Shown: one piece after another, positions 13,149 through 26,635 of the stretch
Layout of the letters: every line of letters begins with the position of its first letter
How positions within the stretch are numbered: the stretch's first letter is position 1
Assembly (NCBI GenBank): GCA_024137785.1
Contig: JAHRHZ010000056.1
Location: forward strand, 22,606,990 to 22,670,989
Length of the DNA stretch: 64,000 bases
Source: Ginglymostoma cirratum
Taxonomy: Eukaryota
Direction: 5' to 3'
The notes under the pieces: generated by a model
Told to the model about the DNA's origin: nothing
What the model saw: only the letters and a program-made list of their open reading frames with translations
The model's database searches: none
Program-made: the position numbers and the translations under genes

Positions 13149-13600
13149 TGGGCAGCACCGTGGTTAGCACTACTGCCTCACAGCACCAGCAACCCAGGTT
13201 CAATTCCACCCTGGGGTGACTGTCTTTGTGTGGAGTTTGCACATTCTTCCAGTGTCTGTGCAGGTTTCCACTAGGTGCTCCAGTTTCCTCCCACAGTCCA
13301 AAGATGATGAGGAGACGGCAGACTTCACCTGACAAAGGAGCAGTGCTCCGAAAGCTTGTGATTTTAAATAAACCTGTTGGACTAGAACTATCATGTAATT
13401 TCTGACTTGGTTTAAAGACGTGCAGGGTAGGTGAATTAGCCATGCTAAATTACCCATGCGTAGGTTAGGTGCCTTTGCCATGGGTGATGCAGGGTCACAG
13501 GGATAGGGTAAGGAGATAGGTCTGGGTGGGATGCTTTTGAGGGTCAGTGTGAACTTGTTGGGCCAAATGGCCTGTTTCCACACTGTAGGGATTCTATGAA
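13149..13600 (+). mobile_element. HE1-type elasmobranch SINE with a nested Penelope fragment (about 13305-13412)
   Basis: gtggttagcact..gcctcacagc...GGTTCAATTCC...gtgtggagtttgcacattct head; tail ggccaaatggcctgtttccacactgtagggattctatga. Confidence 0.85.
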
Positions 13601-13639
13601 TTACTAAATTAGGTGAGAGCATAGTTGTGAAAACAATGC

Positions 13640-14445
13640 AAGGAGGCTTTAGGGGGACTTGGATGGGCTAATTGAATAGGCTTGGACATACAGATGGAAC
13701 TTAATAAAAATAAGTGTGAAGGTATCCACTTTGTTAAAAAAGGAAAAACAGAAAATTTCTTAAATGATGAGAGACTTCGAACTGCTAGCATTCAAAGGGA
13801 TTCAGTGGCCTTGTTCATGAGTGGCTATAAACAAGCGTGCAGGTGGAGTAAACATTGGGGAAAGCAAATGATATGTTGGCCTTTATCACAAAATCATTTG
13901 ACTATCCAAGTTAAGAGCTTTCTGCGTACAACCTTAGTAAGGCTACACTAGGAGGTACTGTCGATAATTTTGACCTCCATAACTAAGGAAATAAATACTT
14001 GCCATTCAAGGGATGCATTGGAGGTTCATCAGATCAATTCCTATGATGGAGTGATTATGAGGAAACACTGACAACCTTAATCTATATTCTCAAGTGTTTT
14101 GAAGAATGAGAGATGATCTCATTGAAATTTTCAAAATTCTTACAGGCTGTGACACGTTGAATGCAGATAAGCTTCTTCCTGAGTCTACAGCCAGGCCATA
14201 CTCTCAGAACAAGGGATAGGCTGGCCAAGGCTGAGATGAGCAGAAATCTTCACCCATGCAGCTACTGAATATTTAGAATTTTCTTCTCTTGAGATGCGGA
14301 AGCTCACCATTGAGCATGTTCAAGATAGAAATTAACAAGAGCTAGAGATGGCAAGGAAAGTGGTATTAAGGTAGGTAATTAGGCCTGATCAAATTGAATG
14401 GCAGAGCAGACTGTGCATGCTGAATGGCCCACTGCTATGATTCTT
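13640..14445 (+). mobile_element. Decayed CR1 LINE (ORF2 C-terminus and 3' UTR)
   Basis: QMELNKNKCEGIHF, TLVRLH (CR1 QMEFNxxKCEVMHF, LVRPHLEY). Confidence 0.75.
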
Positions 14446-14749
14446 TTGCTGGTCCCACTTTTGTTAAAAAGTTTTGTTGGTAGTTACCATAAGCAAATTT
14501 TACAAAATGAGAATGAGAATCAGAAGATTTACACAAATTATGCCTTTTAAAAAAGAATCAAAATATCATGAAAAATAGTTAATCTTAGTTCAATTTTAAA
14601 ACAAAATTTTAAATTCTTTGAAAAAAACAGAACTGAACTAAACCTTTTTTCTGTAAAAGCTTTAGGACATGGAAAACATTTTACATAAAATGATTTTTAA
14701 AGAACTATTGTAATAGGTCTGGATGTTGTTGGAATTAACGATATGTGCT

Positions 14750-15380
14750 GGCCCAGCCAAGTTGCCTTCTTGAACTGCTGCAGTCCATCTGGTTTAGGTA
14801 CACCCACAATGCTTTAGGGAGGGAGTTTCAGGATTTGACCCAGTGACACTTGAAGGAATAGCAATAAGTGTCAGGATCACGAGTGGCTTGGAAGATACTG
14901 AACGTGCATTTGAGCTTCAAGTCTTGGCATCTAGGCAGGTTGGGCATATTCCATCACATTCCTGACTTGTGCCTTACAGATGGAGGGTAAGCTTTGGGGA
15001 ATCAGGTGAGTTTCTCACTTCAGGATTCCTAGCCTCTGATCTGCTCTTGTAGCCATTACACTGATATGGCTATTACAATTCAGTTCCTGTTCAACGGGGG
15101 AATTCGGTGATAATAATGCCATTGAATGTGAAGAAGCAATGGTTAGACTTTGTCTTGTTGGAGATAGTCATTAATTGGCACTTGTGTGGCACAAGTGCTT
15201 CTTGCCATCATGCCCAGATATTGTCCAGGTCTTGTTGCACTTATCCTTCAGTACCTGAGAAGTTGCAAATAATGCTAAACAATTTGCAATCGTCAGTGAG
15301 CACCCTCAATTCTTACCTTACAATGGAGTAAAGGACAGTGATGTAGTAGCTGAAGATGAGTGTGTCTAGAACACCACCCA
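14750..15380 (-). mobile_element. Decayed non-LTR retrotransposon fragment (same family as 28660-29640)
   Basis: Shares cttcttgaactgctgcagtccat...cccacaatgct and downstream blocks with 28715-29640. Confidence 0.6.
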
Positions 15381-16026
15381 AAGGGATTTATTAAAAGTTG
15401 TTGGCTACTGTCTCTCATACGTTTTACTTGTTTGTAAACACAAAAATGACAGGGAACAGCAGCATTCAAACATCTAACAGTGGAGATTTACTTGCCATTA
15501 ATGCCAGCGTGGAGATGTGCAGTTTGCACTAATGCTAAACCGCACATGTATATCTTGAGTATGGGCTCCACGCAAGTCTGGCAAAGTGGAATATGTCTCA
15601 AAGGAAGTAATCTTCCACCCATAACATTACATTTGTAACATTAATGAAGTAACGAGTTATAGGATTAACACAGGTTACATGGGGTACTAACTATCAGTGT
15701 TCCATACATTCAATGACAAAAGAATGCCAATGAATAACTTGTCTTTGCTAGCAATATCCTGAGCCATGAGAATTGAAGGCAGTTATTACAAAATTGGTAA
15801 TTTAGGCAATGGTCAAAGATTGACTAGGAAAACATCTAGAAAGACTGAAAATATAATGACAAGTTTCCAAAAGGGAAAATCACATTTGAACAACTTCACT
15901 CAATTTTGAGGTCTAATAGAAAAGGGTGAATAACGAAAATGCATTGGGGGTAATATTTTTTGGACTTCCAAAACCTTTTAATAAGGTACATAGATGACAC
16001 GGCGACTATGGTCAAGATACAAAGAA

Positions 16027-16293
16027 TAAAATCCCTAGTGTGGAAGCAGCCCATTCGGCTAATCAAGTCCATATTGACCCACTTTCCTACAATATCCCTG
16101 TAACCCTGCATTTCCCATGGCTAATCCACCTGGCCTGCACATCTTTGGACTGTGGGAGGAAACCGGAGTACCTGGAGGAAACCCACACAGACACAGGGAG
16201 AATGTGCAAACTCCACATAGACAGACAGTCAGAGGGTGGAACTGAACCCAGGTTGCTGGTGTTGAGGCAGTAATGCTAACCATTGAGCCACCC
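16027..16293 (-). mobile_element. HE1-type SINE
   Basis: Reverse complement of the 13149 element (ctttggactgtgggaggaaaccggag...gagaatgtgcaaactccaca...tgctaaccattgagccacc). Confidence 0.85.
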
Positions 16294-16329
16294 TGAAAAG
16301 GTACAGAATGAATAATATGGCTACACAAC

Positions 16330-17200
16330 AGCTGGGAAACATTCTGCAGAGACTGAAGCTGGGATCAACATAAATCCAAATCATTTACATAAATGATGAG
16401 CAGAGAGTTAGAAGTACAATTTCAAAATTCATGAATGACACCGAAATGAGAGATTCAGTTAACACTATGGGGTGCAGGAAGATGCTAATAAATGTGAAGA
16501 ATGGGCATTAATTGGTAAATAAACTTCAAATGAATATGGAAGGTGGCATATTTTGCTTAGAAGTATTGGGAAGCTATGTGGTCTTTGGAAAATGAGTGCC
16601 TATTAGGTAAAGGAGCAGATGCGTTAAGTTACTAAATGCAGCAATGCAGGTTAATTAAAGCAGAGCATTCACTAATTCTTCAAAGGATAAAGCGAAAAAC
16701 AATCCACTTTTATAGAATCAAAGAATAAGGTATGCTTGAAGCAATGACTGCAGGCCTGATCGGCATATTAAACGAACAATACAGAAGTGCCAGAGGGAAA
16801 AAAAAAACAAACGGATTTACCAGAATATTACCAGAACTGAAACAATTGTAACCTACGTGAAATATCAAAGAGACCGAGGTTATTTTCTCTCGACAAGACT
16901 GAGGGGTGACCTGATGGAGATAAAGGTTTGATAGAATAAAGAAAGGTTTGATAGGATAAGCAAAGGTTCTCGCTTGTAAAGACGACAACAATTAGAGGTA
17001 TTAAATATGAGACAAACACTAAAAATGAAAAAGGAATAGTTGAAAAGAACAGCAAGTTATTTAAAAAGAAACTGGATGATAAACTGGAAGGGGTAGAAGG
17101 ATGTGTTGAAGAACCAGATAGATAAAGTTGTGTGGAAACAGGCTTATATGGCATATAGATACTAACATGGACCTGCTGGGCTAGTGGCCTGTTTCAGCAT
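16330..17200 (+). mobile_element. Highly decayed CR1 LINE
   Basis: tcaaaattcatgaatgacacc (SKFADDT-like), ggatttaccagaat, gactgaggggtgacctgat (RLRGDL). Confidence 0.65.
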
Positions 17201-18183
17201 TGAAAATACAGAGTTTCATAATGTTAAATAGTAAGAGACAAGGTTATTGAAATCTGGTGTGGTATTTTTATATTGGGTTACTAAACTGATTGTATAGAGC
17301 AAACACATGATCTAGACTTCGCTACAATATTAATGCATGGATAGACTTAGACTCTAGATAGTGTTAGGGTTCTTCTGTCATTGGATGTTTTCAATTGGAA
17401 GCATGAGCATTAAAAAATGTTTCTCAACCAAAATTTACTGGTCATGTGGTCATTGTGGTTTTACAATGGACTGCACATGTTTAAATTTACCTTCTACTGC
17501 ACTAGGACATAATGCTTCACAGGAGTTTGCAAATATGCACATAAGGCAAAAGACAGTTGAGACACTATTTGAGAGAATAGTTACAAATAAAGATGAAGGA
17601 TTTTAAAGATTCACTATATTTATAGAGCAAGGAAAGAATCTTTGAATCAAGAATAATGATCAAAATGGTTGACAGTTAAGTACAAAATGCCCTTCTCGTG
17701 TCTATGAAATGGCAGGTCAGCATTGCCATAATTTATCTGTGAAGCAATGAATATATATTTATAGCTAATCCATTTTAGGATGTTACCATAGATGAGTCTT
17801 CTCACAATAAAAAGTGTCACTTGGTGTTGTGCAAAATTAGTGTATGAATTCACTTTCAATTGTTTCAATATTAGGAATTTATCCAATTTAGCACAAGTCA
17901 GTTTGTGTAACATTATCGTGTTCTCCAGCCAAAGCCGTAGAGAATTCCCCCTCACCTGTCAGAGGAGCAAATTAAGCATTGTGCTAAAATATATAAAACT
18001 AATTTCTTTCAAGGCTCTGCAGAAAGCCAATGTGATTTACGCACTACAAGTTAGTTCAGATGACCTATTAACTACTACACAGGACACTGCATTATATCAG
18101 GCTGTGGAAATCTCCGTTGCTTCATAACCTTCATACAGACTTTGACCTCAAATGCTAGGTCATGGAATTAGACATTAACTGTT

Positions 18184-19410
18184 ACAGAGTCATGGAGCTG
18201 TACAGCACAGGAACAGACCCTTCGGTCCAACTCGTCCATACTAACCAGATATCCTAAATTAATCTAGTCCCATTTGCCAGCATTTGGCCCATATTCCTCT
18301 AAACCCTTCCTATTCATATACCCATCCAGATGTCTTTTAAATGTCGTAATTGTACCAACTTCCTCCACTTCCTCTGGCAGCTCATTCCAGACACGCACCA
18401 CCCTCTGCGTGAAAAAGCTGCCTCTCAAGTCCCTCTTATATCTTTCCCCTCTCACTTTAAACCTATGCCCTCTTGTTATGGACCACCCCCCCCCCCTCCG
18501 CCACGCTTGGGCAAGGACCTGACTATTCACACTGTCCATGCCCCTCATGATTTTATAAAGCTCTACAAGGTCACCCCTCAGCCTCCAGTGCCCCAGGGGA
18601 AATAGCCCCTGCCTATTCAGCCTATCTCTATAGTTTATACTCTCCAACACTGGCAACATCCTTGTAAATCTTTTCTGAGCCCTTTCAAGTTTCACAATAT
18701 TTTTCCTACAGTAGATAGTGTTCTAAAAGTGGCCTAACCAATGTCCTCTACAGCTACATGACCTGCCAACTCCGATACTCAGTGCACTGACCAATAAAGG
18801 CAAGTGTACCAAATGCCTTCTTCACTATCCTGTCTACCTGGGACTCCTCTTTCAAGGAACTATGAACCTGTACTCCAAGATCTCTTTGTTCAGTAACGCT
18901 CCCCAGGATCTGACCATTAAGTGTATAAATCCTGCCCTGATTTGCCTTTCCAAAATGCAGTAGCTCACAATTATCTAAACTCCATCTACCGCTCCTCCGC
19001 CAATTGGCCTATTTGATCAAGGTACCCTTGTACTCTACGGTCACCTTCTTTGCTGTCCACTACACCTCTTTGATGTCTTACTAACTTACTAACCATACCT
19101 TCTACGTTCACATCCAAATCATTTAGATAAATGACAAAATGCAGTGGACCCAGCACCGATTCTTCTAGCACACCACCTCCAGTCTGAAAAGCAACCCTCC
19201 ACCACCACCCTGTCTCTTACCTTCAAGAGAGTTCTGTATCCATGTGGCTAGTTCTCCCTGTATTACACGTGATCTAACCTTGCTAACCAGTCTACCATGA
19301 GGAATCTTGTTGAAAGCCTTACTGAAGTCCATACAGATACACCACTCTGCCCTCAACCCTCTGTAACTCGGTCAAAAAAACTCAACAAGTTAGTGAGACA
19401 ATTTCCCACA
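18184..19410 (-). mobile_element. CR1/HER1 LINE 3' portion (RT domain), relatively young
   Basis: ORFs MDFSKAFNKIPHGRL, SVLGPLHFVIYLNDLD, LERAQKRFTRMLP..RLRGDL..TRGHRFKV..FFTQRVVRVWNELP; frameshifted. Confidence 0.93.
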
Positions 19411-20199
19411 AAGTCAACTGTTACCTAACTTACCATTACATTCAGGAGATGGAGGTGGGTTTAAGAGTTAGAGTAACTTATCTGCCCCAAACATAGGTCA
19501 GGATTAAGAGTACCGCTACCTCTTCAACCTTCACACTGTCATCTCTGCTTCTTTCAACACTATATTATACTGCTCTTGCTCCTTAAACACTGATACTTGA
19601 ACTTTCTCAATTAAGCATTCCAGCCTTGCACCTCTAAGCATCCATCCGTGTCCTTAATAGAATGCACTCAACCTTTTACTACTTGCATTTTGGCAAATCT
19701 TTATGTCCTCTTTTATATTGACTGCTATTCTATTCTCAAGGAGAATTCTAAAAATTAATTTGTATTTCAAAAATTGTTACAAATTAATGATGGAAAACCA
19801 ATGAAAACACCACAGTATTTGCTTTATGGGAAAAAGAAGCCTGATTATTTGCAAAATTAACTTTCACTTAATGAAAAAGCATTTCTTGAGAGACCTAAAG
19901 CAGAGAGACTGGTCTTAGAAACTGATGGACAGAAGCAAGCAACAATTTTAAAGAGTGAAAAGTTTCAGAGAATGAAAAATCCTGTGAACAATCAATCTAG
20001 AAATCCTATAAAAGACTGTCTTTTTATGGACTGGGATTAGGTGGAGGGAGGAGGGAGGTAGGCATGTAGATTTGGAAGACTTGAATTAGATTTGAAAATA
20101 ACAGGTTTACTCCAGAACTGTTTTAACGCCAACAAAAAACAAAGATGAAGTTGAAGGACAGTTAGATTATTCTTTAATTTTTAAAATACGATTGGTCCT

Positions 20200-20400
20200 T
20201 GTTAGCCATAAGACAGCCCATGCAAACCACATTTCAAAAATCAGATGGTCTGGCAGGATCTGTGGGAAGAAAGTGGAGTTAACATTGCGTGCAATGATTT
20301 TCAGACTCAACATTAACTCTGCTTTCTTCGCACAGATTCTGCCAGACCAGGGTTGCGCCAGAAAATTCATTTTTGTTTCAGATCTCCAGCATCCACAGTC
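20200..20400. mobile_element. Penelope-type foldback repeat (second subfamily), hairpin 20247-20348
   Basis: ggtctggcaggatctgtgggaagaaagtggagttaa pairs with ttaactctgctttcttcgcacagattctgccagacc; tail cagatctccagcatccacagt. Confidence 0.7.
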
Positions 20401-21099
20401 CTTAGTAGTTTTAATTCAATAAGTAATGTTGTTAAAACTGCAGACTTTATCACCATACAGAACACAAGAAAGACGACACTCATTCCTAAATGACAATTAG
20501 GATCTACGCTACCTTGGAATGGGAAAATGCATTCAGAAGTTTGACTCCTGTCATTCTCACCAATGACAGCCTTTCAAAAATAAAAATCATGAGCTAATTT
20601 CCTCTCTCTGCTGCAAAGTGGCAAAATTTGTATCTATGTATGTTACAACCACAAGACAAATACTTGATGCCAAAAAGCTAGCTAATTAATAAAAGGTTCT
20701 GTCAGTGAATGGGGTCTAATGCCGAACACAACCACACTGCAAAACCTTTAAGATGAACAGTAATTGTGCACATGCGCTTCGTGGCATACTTGAACGGGCT
20801 CAAGTTGTGTTTTCTAGTTTGTCAATGCCTGAAGGCTAACTTTTTTTGACAGCTCAAACACAATAAAGGATATTGACAAGTCCTCACCTATGGAATTCTA
20901 CAGACCATTTTAGTAAGCACTTACGAAGAGGAAAAGAATTAACAAAATCAATCGACTCAAGAAAAATTAAATCAGAAATCATAACTTCTAAAAAGATATC
21001 GTAACTTAAATGAGCTTGGTGTAATACATTTAAGTATTCAAATCTTGTTCTCACCTGTACGGAAGTCATCTCTTAGTCTTTAATGTTTTGGTCAAAAAC

Positions 21100-22870
21100 T
21101 AACAATGCATCCCAGCAAAGCAGAAACCCAGTGGACTTGCCCAACAAGTCCCCATCCACCACTAATACCCTCAACCTGGCTGAACTTGTTCCCTCAATCA
21201 CTAATTTCTTCTGTAACTCGTCTCACTTCCTGCAAATAAAAGATATTGCATTGGGTGCCCCTGTAGGTAACAGGGAATTTTATCTTTTTGGGGCTTAAGT
21301 GGAACACTCATTGTGCCAGTCTTACCATGGACCTCCCCAAACTCAGTTTCTGGTACATTGACGACGTACCTGAGCTGGAAAACTTCAACTTTGCTTCAAT
21401 TTTCATCATTCTTTAATCTTTGCATTGTACATCTCAGATGCTTCCATTTCCTTCAATTACTGTTTCCATTTTTGGGGATAGACTTTTATAAGCCCGACTC
21501 CCATTGCACCCCAAGTACACTTCCTTTCACCCATTCTCCCATGAAGAGTCATTTCCTTCTCCCAGTTTTTCGGTCTACTTCACATCTGTTCTAATGGTTA
21601 AACCTTCCACAACAGCACCTCTATTAAGCGATAGTAAGAACTGCAGATGCTGAAGTCAGCGTCGACACAGTATGGAGCTGGAGGAACACAGCAGGCCAGG
21701 CAGCAGAGGAGCAGGAAAGTTGACGTTTCAGGTCAGAACCCTTTTTTCTGAAGAAGGGTCCCAACCTGAAATGTCTACTTTCCCGTTCATCTGAGGCTGC
21801 CTGGCCTGCTGTGTTCCTCCAGCACATCCAATAAGTTGTCCTTCCTCCTGCACAAGGAGGTCACCTGCTCTTTTATGGTTGACAAGACCCTCAACGTGTC
21901 TGGCTGTTTCCCACACTTCAGTTCTCTCCCCTCAGCCTCACTTTGCACCATCAGCAGCCATATACAAATGACAGCCCTCTGTACTTCCATCCCTCCCAGC
22001 ATGCTGAAATTTCCTCTCCTCTCAGTATTCTTAAGGGACTTGCCCCTCCAAGATATCCTGGTCCACTCATCCATCACCCCCAACACCTTGACCACTTCTC
22101 ACTACCTTCACAATGCATTACATGAAGTGCAAAACCTGCTCTTATACTTTCTCTTTCTGTGCTGTGAAGCCACAAGCACTTCTTCAGTTGAAGCAATGGT
22201 TTGATTGTACTTATTTCAATTTAGTGTATTCTGTTTGCAACAACATGGTTCGGTCTACATTGGGGAGCCCAAATGCAGATTGGGTAAATGGCACGCAGAA
22301 TGCATTTGTTCAGTCTGTATTAACAACCCCAAGCTTCCAGTTCTTTGCCATTTTAACTCTCCACCTATCTCTCATAACACTTCAGTTCTTAGCCTGCTGC
22401 AGTGAAGCTGAAAACAAATTCAAAGAACAATGTCTCATCTTTCAATGAGGTACTTTACAGTCTGAGTCTCAACATTGAGTTCAGTAAATTCAGACCATGA
22501 GCTGCATCTCCCATTTGGACGTTTTTTGGGCTATCTAGTGGCCCGACTTTTGTTTTTCATGTTTTTGCCAACAGGCAGAGCTGGTCATTATCCTGCTATT
22601 CGCACCAACTTTGGGCAAGTGCTTTACTTCAGCTAGTACAAATTTGCCAATTTTTCTACTACATTTCTCAGTTAATCAACGCCACCCTCTACTCTACTCA
22701 TCCTCCTCCTCCTCCTCATAAACATCATAAAACCCACTACATTTCTAAATTTCTTTCCCCAATTCTGAAGTCAAATCCAGAATTGACCCCGCCTCTCTTC
22801 TTTGATTCTGCCAGTGCTAATTATTTCCAGATTCGGTTTTCAATTCAGATTTCAGCATCCACCATATTTT
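21100..22870 (+). mobile_element. Decayed Penelope-like retroelement (RT plus GIY-YIG endonuclease)
   Basis: LAELVPSITNFFCNSSHFLQIKDIALG, FWYIDD (21347-21364), FYKPDSH, then NLVY..C and VYIGEPKCRLGKWHAE...LPVLCHFNSP; frameshifted; degenerate terminal repeat about 22760-22865. Confidence 0.85.
21630..21826. mobile_element. Penelope-derived foldback element nested in the Penelope ORF remnant; hammerhead core 21748-21775 (+)
   Basis: Arms gctggaggaacacagcaggccaggcagc / gctgcctggcctgctgtgttcctccagc; CTGAAGA agggtcccaacct GAAATGTC. Confidence 0.8.
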
Positions 22871-24037
22871 GTTTTTAATCTGCCTTCAAATAAAGTGGGT
22901 TGAGGGACCAGGCTTTAGATTGTCTACAATTAGTAGCCTTGCTTCAATTTTGCTAGAGTACACAGACATAATTCAATTCATCCCCCAGTTAAAAACAGCA
23001 GAATGTTCAGCAATTTAGGAAGGAACGATTTGGTACCAAGTGAACTAGGGCTTTTTTCCCCCGGAAGGCTTGGTCAAGGAGCTGTGGAGACACCAAACTG
23101 AGGCATTTGCCACATGCAGGAATGGTCATCCTGTAATTGCACATTCTGCATATGCATTGAAATAAATACAGACACAAGAATTTTTAACAAGCATCTGTTT
23201 TTGTAATATTTGCAAGGATGTTAACAATGTTGTACTTGAGTTAAAAACATATGCTACCTTTGGACAAAGTAGGGCAAGCAGTAGACAGTTGGACAAAGTG
23301 CACCATTTCCAACAGCTAATGGTCATAATTACAGTACAAGTTTTGACAAGTTGAGAAAACAGCTTCAGAGTGAGTTTTTGAAGACTAAATATTGATAACT
23401 TGGCTGAAACAAAGAGAATGACCTAATCACTGAGATTAAATCTCAACCCTTTGGAAAAGGGAAAAGGGAAGAGTTGAAATTTGAGGGAGAGCGAGCAAGC
23501 AAACATTCAAGCGAACTTCACTCTGCATGAAAGTTGCTTTATTAGGTAGGAAAAAGGTGGAAGTAAATTGAATAATCCTTTTGAATTTTATTTTAAAATT
23601 CATTCACAGGGCATCACTGGCCAAGTCAGCATTTACTGACATCCTTAAACTGCTGACAGAGCAATTAAGAATCAACCACATTGCTGTGGGTCTGGAGTCA
23701 CTTGTTAGCCAGACGGGTTTTGAAAACAATGGTTTCTACTGTGGATCCTCAATGTAACTGGGAAAAGCGCCTACCTAAACTTTCAACCAAATTCAGTCTT
23801 AACATTAAAAATATGGGGTACAGGCTCACAGTTCTAGTTCCTTAAGATTTCTGCCTTGCCAAGCAGCTGTACAAACTGAAAACAGGAAAATATTGGAAGG
23901 TGTCCAATTTTATAAAATGATACCATATTTGCATGTGAATAATGCATTGCCTCTAATGTATAGTCACATATCAGCTGGACACTACATGTCAGATTTTGTT
24001 TCAAAAAGATCTGTCCCTTGCACTACATTACGCTTAC

Positions 24038-24214
<177 letters not shown>

Positions 24215-24913
24215 CTATAACAAAACTGTTGAAAACAATTTTCTTCTGGTTTCTAGACAGATTACGAATTCTTTTTCTTACATCTAAGGAAGTAAGAATA
24301 TGAACGTACAATATCTACTATGATAACAGCAAAGATACTGGATGTACAATACTGATAAGGTTGCATTAACAGATGCCAAATCTTCAAGACAATTTTCTTT
24401 TGTGCAGACTACCTACACAGGTCAGTTGGCTAAATCTTAATCTGCAATGGGCTAAAGCTGACAAGTTAATATCATTTTAAAAACTTTAACAGAACTATAA
24501 TTTCTGCAGCCAAAACAAGAAGTTTTTCCCACCAAAGGACATGCAGTATGGAAGTGCATACTGGAACAATAATACCACCTGCAGCTAATATTTCAGTCCA
24601 ATATGGAACGGGTGAAAAGTTATTTGAAACAAGAGATTTGATCAAAGTTTAAATCATACCTGTCTTGAGAGATGATTTATTAAGGAGAACTAAAAAAAAA
24701 GAGACAAAGGTAACTCTTGACAAAAAGTTAGCCCTTGAAAGATTTTGCATAATTCAGATTTCAAATTGTAATTGGAACCATGTCTTGCCTGTGTTTAAAC
24801 CAGTTAAATGGAAAAGTTGTGTCATTAACAATTATGGTGTTTTCAGAGCTGGGTATGATTTTAACTTTGTGGTCGTTTCTCCTGTGTTCTTGCAAGAACT
24901 GTTCAATGCTTAC

Positions 24914-24965
24914 CATGAAATTTCTTGTCCAAGATCATCTGAGAGAGTTTCCTTTCCACATCACC
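24914..24965 (-). CDS. PSMD11: PSMD11 exon 12, 52 bp
   Basis: ttccAG|...|GTaagc; GDVERKLSQMILDKKFH(G). Confidence 0.97.
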
Positions 24966-26635
24966 CTGGAATAACAGGATTGTGTTAAGTCCAAGTCACA
25001 TGTAACAACTGTCTATCTGACAATGTCATTTTGGTTGAATTATCTAATGCAAATTTCCTTTTATTTTCATAAAAGAAACCGTTCTTGGCTGAATCAGAGC
25101 CGATGATATTTCAAATCCAATAAAATAAAGTTTATAAGAAGGAGCCACATAACAGATTCAGGAGTTTAGAAAATTTCAAAGTAAACAAACTCTCACCAAC
25201 TTAAGTCAATGTAATGTTAAAGTTTCAGCATTTCAGTTCCACTTCAGGAAATACCTTACAACCATTAGTTCCAAAGGATGAATACAGACTTTTCTTTAAG
25301 GTATTCAAAACACAACATTCCCCTGTTATGGATTTCCGGATCTCCACCACATCATATAATAAGTTGTGACCATGTTAAATTTCATGAGTGAGCAGAAATA
25401 AAGGTACACACTTCTTTTTCAATCTAAGATAAGCACTCAAACTCTTCAAAGACCCGGATTAAAGTTTAAGACTATCTATCTACAAGATTGCTACTGTGGT
25501 TGGTAATTCAGAACTTCTTGGGCCTTAATCCAGGAGGTCAATGATTGAAGGTCTACATATGATCTAGACAACCATGTATACTGTAATAGAGTACGGTGAA
25601 ATTATTTAGCATATCTTGCCATTCATTCCCAACTCAATACACCTCCAGTGGAACCATAGAATAGCAAAAGATACTGGAAGGCAAGGAGATTTTTTATGCT
25701 TAGCTTTGAAATACTTTAGTATGATTGAGACCAGCTGACACACTGCAACAGTAAAAATAAATCTGCAGTTTTCCTGTAGAAAACAAAAATCAAAAACAAG
25801 ACCTTCAGTTCTTGAGCAAAGAGATAACCCGGTTTTAATTTTAGATGCTGCGCACATGAAGGTGAAGGATGCCAAATTAAGGGTTGAAACTTTCCTAGTT
25901 ATACTGTATCGGTTTAGAAACATTCAGAAAACAGATTATAATAGAGAAGCAAAGATATTGTAAGTAACTCTCTTCATTCATTACTTAGAATTCTCACTTT
26001 TTTATGGAATGTGCAGAATATAAATTCTCAAATATCTGGGGAAACATCAAGATGACAAATTAATCCCATCTCCAATTGCTACAGGAGATAATTATACTAA
26101 CTGTACTGCAAAAACTATGTGTAAATTCCAAATTCTCTCCTCTTTTGATTTTAATTCAGTTCCAGTCTCCAATATTCTTAAGTCCAATATTTCTGGCATC
26201 AGATTACTACATCACAAGAAATTTAAGTGGTGGTGGTGGTATACATGGATAAAACTGAAGGTTAGAAATGCTGCTAAGATTTCCCTCCTTAACCATGGCA
26301 ACCAAGCCAATTGTAGCAATTTGGCTAAAATCAACTGACTGAGTAAAAGGAGGAGGAATATATGAGATCTTCTCGGTCTGAAAAGGCTCAAAATACTCAC
26401 CTACTACATTTAGACAGAGCTGAAGAAGAATGTTTTAGTTTGGAGTCATACGGTTTTAGTGACAGCTCAATAAAGGTTATTTAAAAATGCTGTTGCTCAA
26501 CTTTGCCAACGTTTTTTATACCTCAAATTCTTTAAAGCGTATATAAACTTAAATGAATTATTTTGACGAGGTACAAGGTATATGTAGAAAAACGTGGCAG
26601 TCATTTTACCTGCACCAAGACCTCAAACACAATCA

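Noticed and set aside
13149-13215. tRNA-like A/B boxes (also at 16-64, 13003, 16240, 37978)
   Set aside because: They continue into SINE bodies and tails, so they are SINE heads rather than tRNA genes.
18264-18695. 143-aa ORF as a host gene
   Set aside because: C-terminus of CR1 ORF2 within a truncated, frameshifted LINE.
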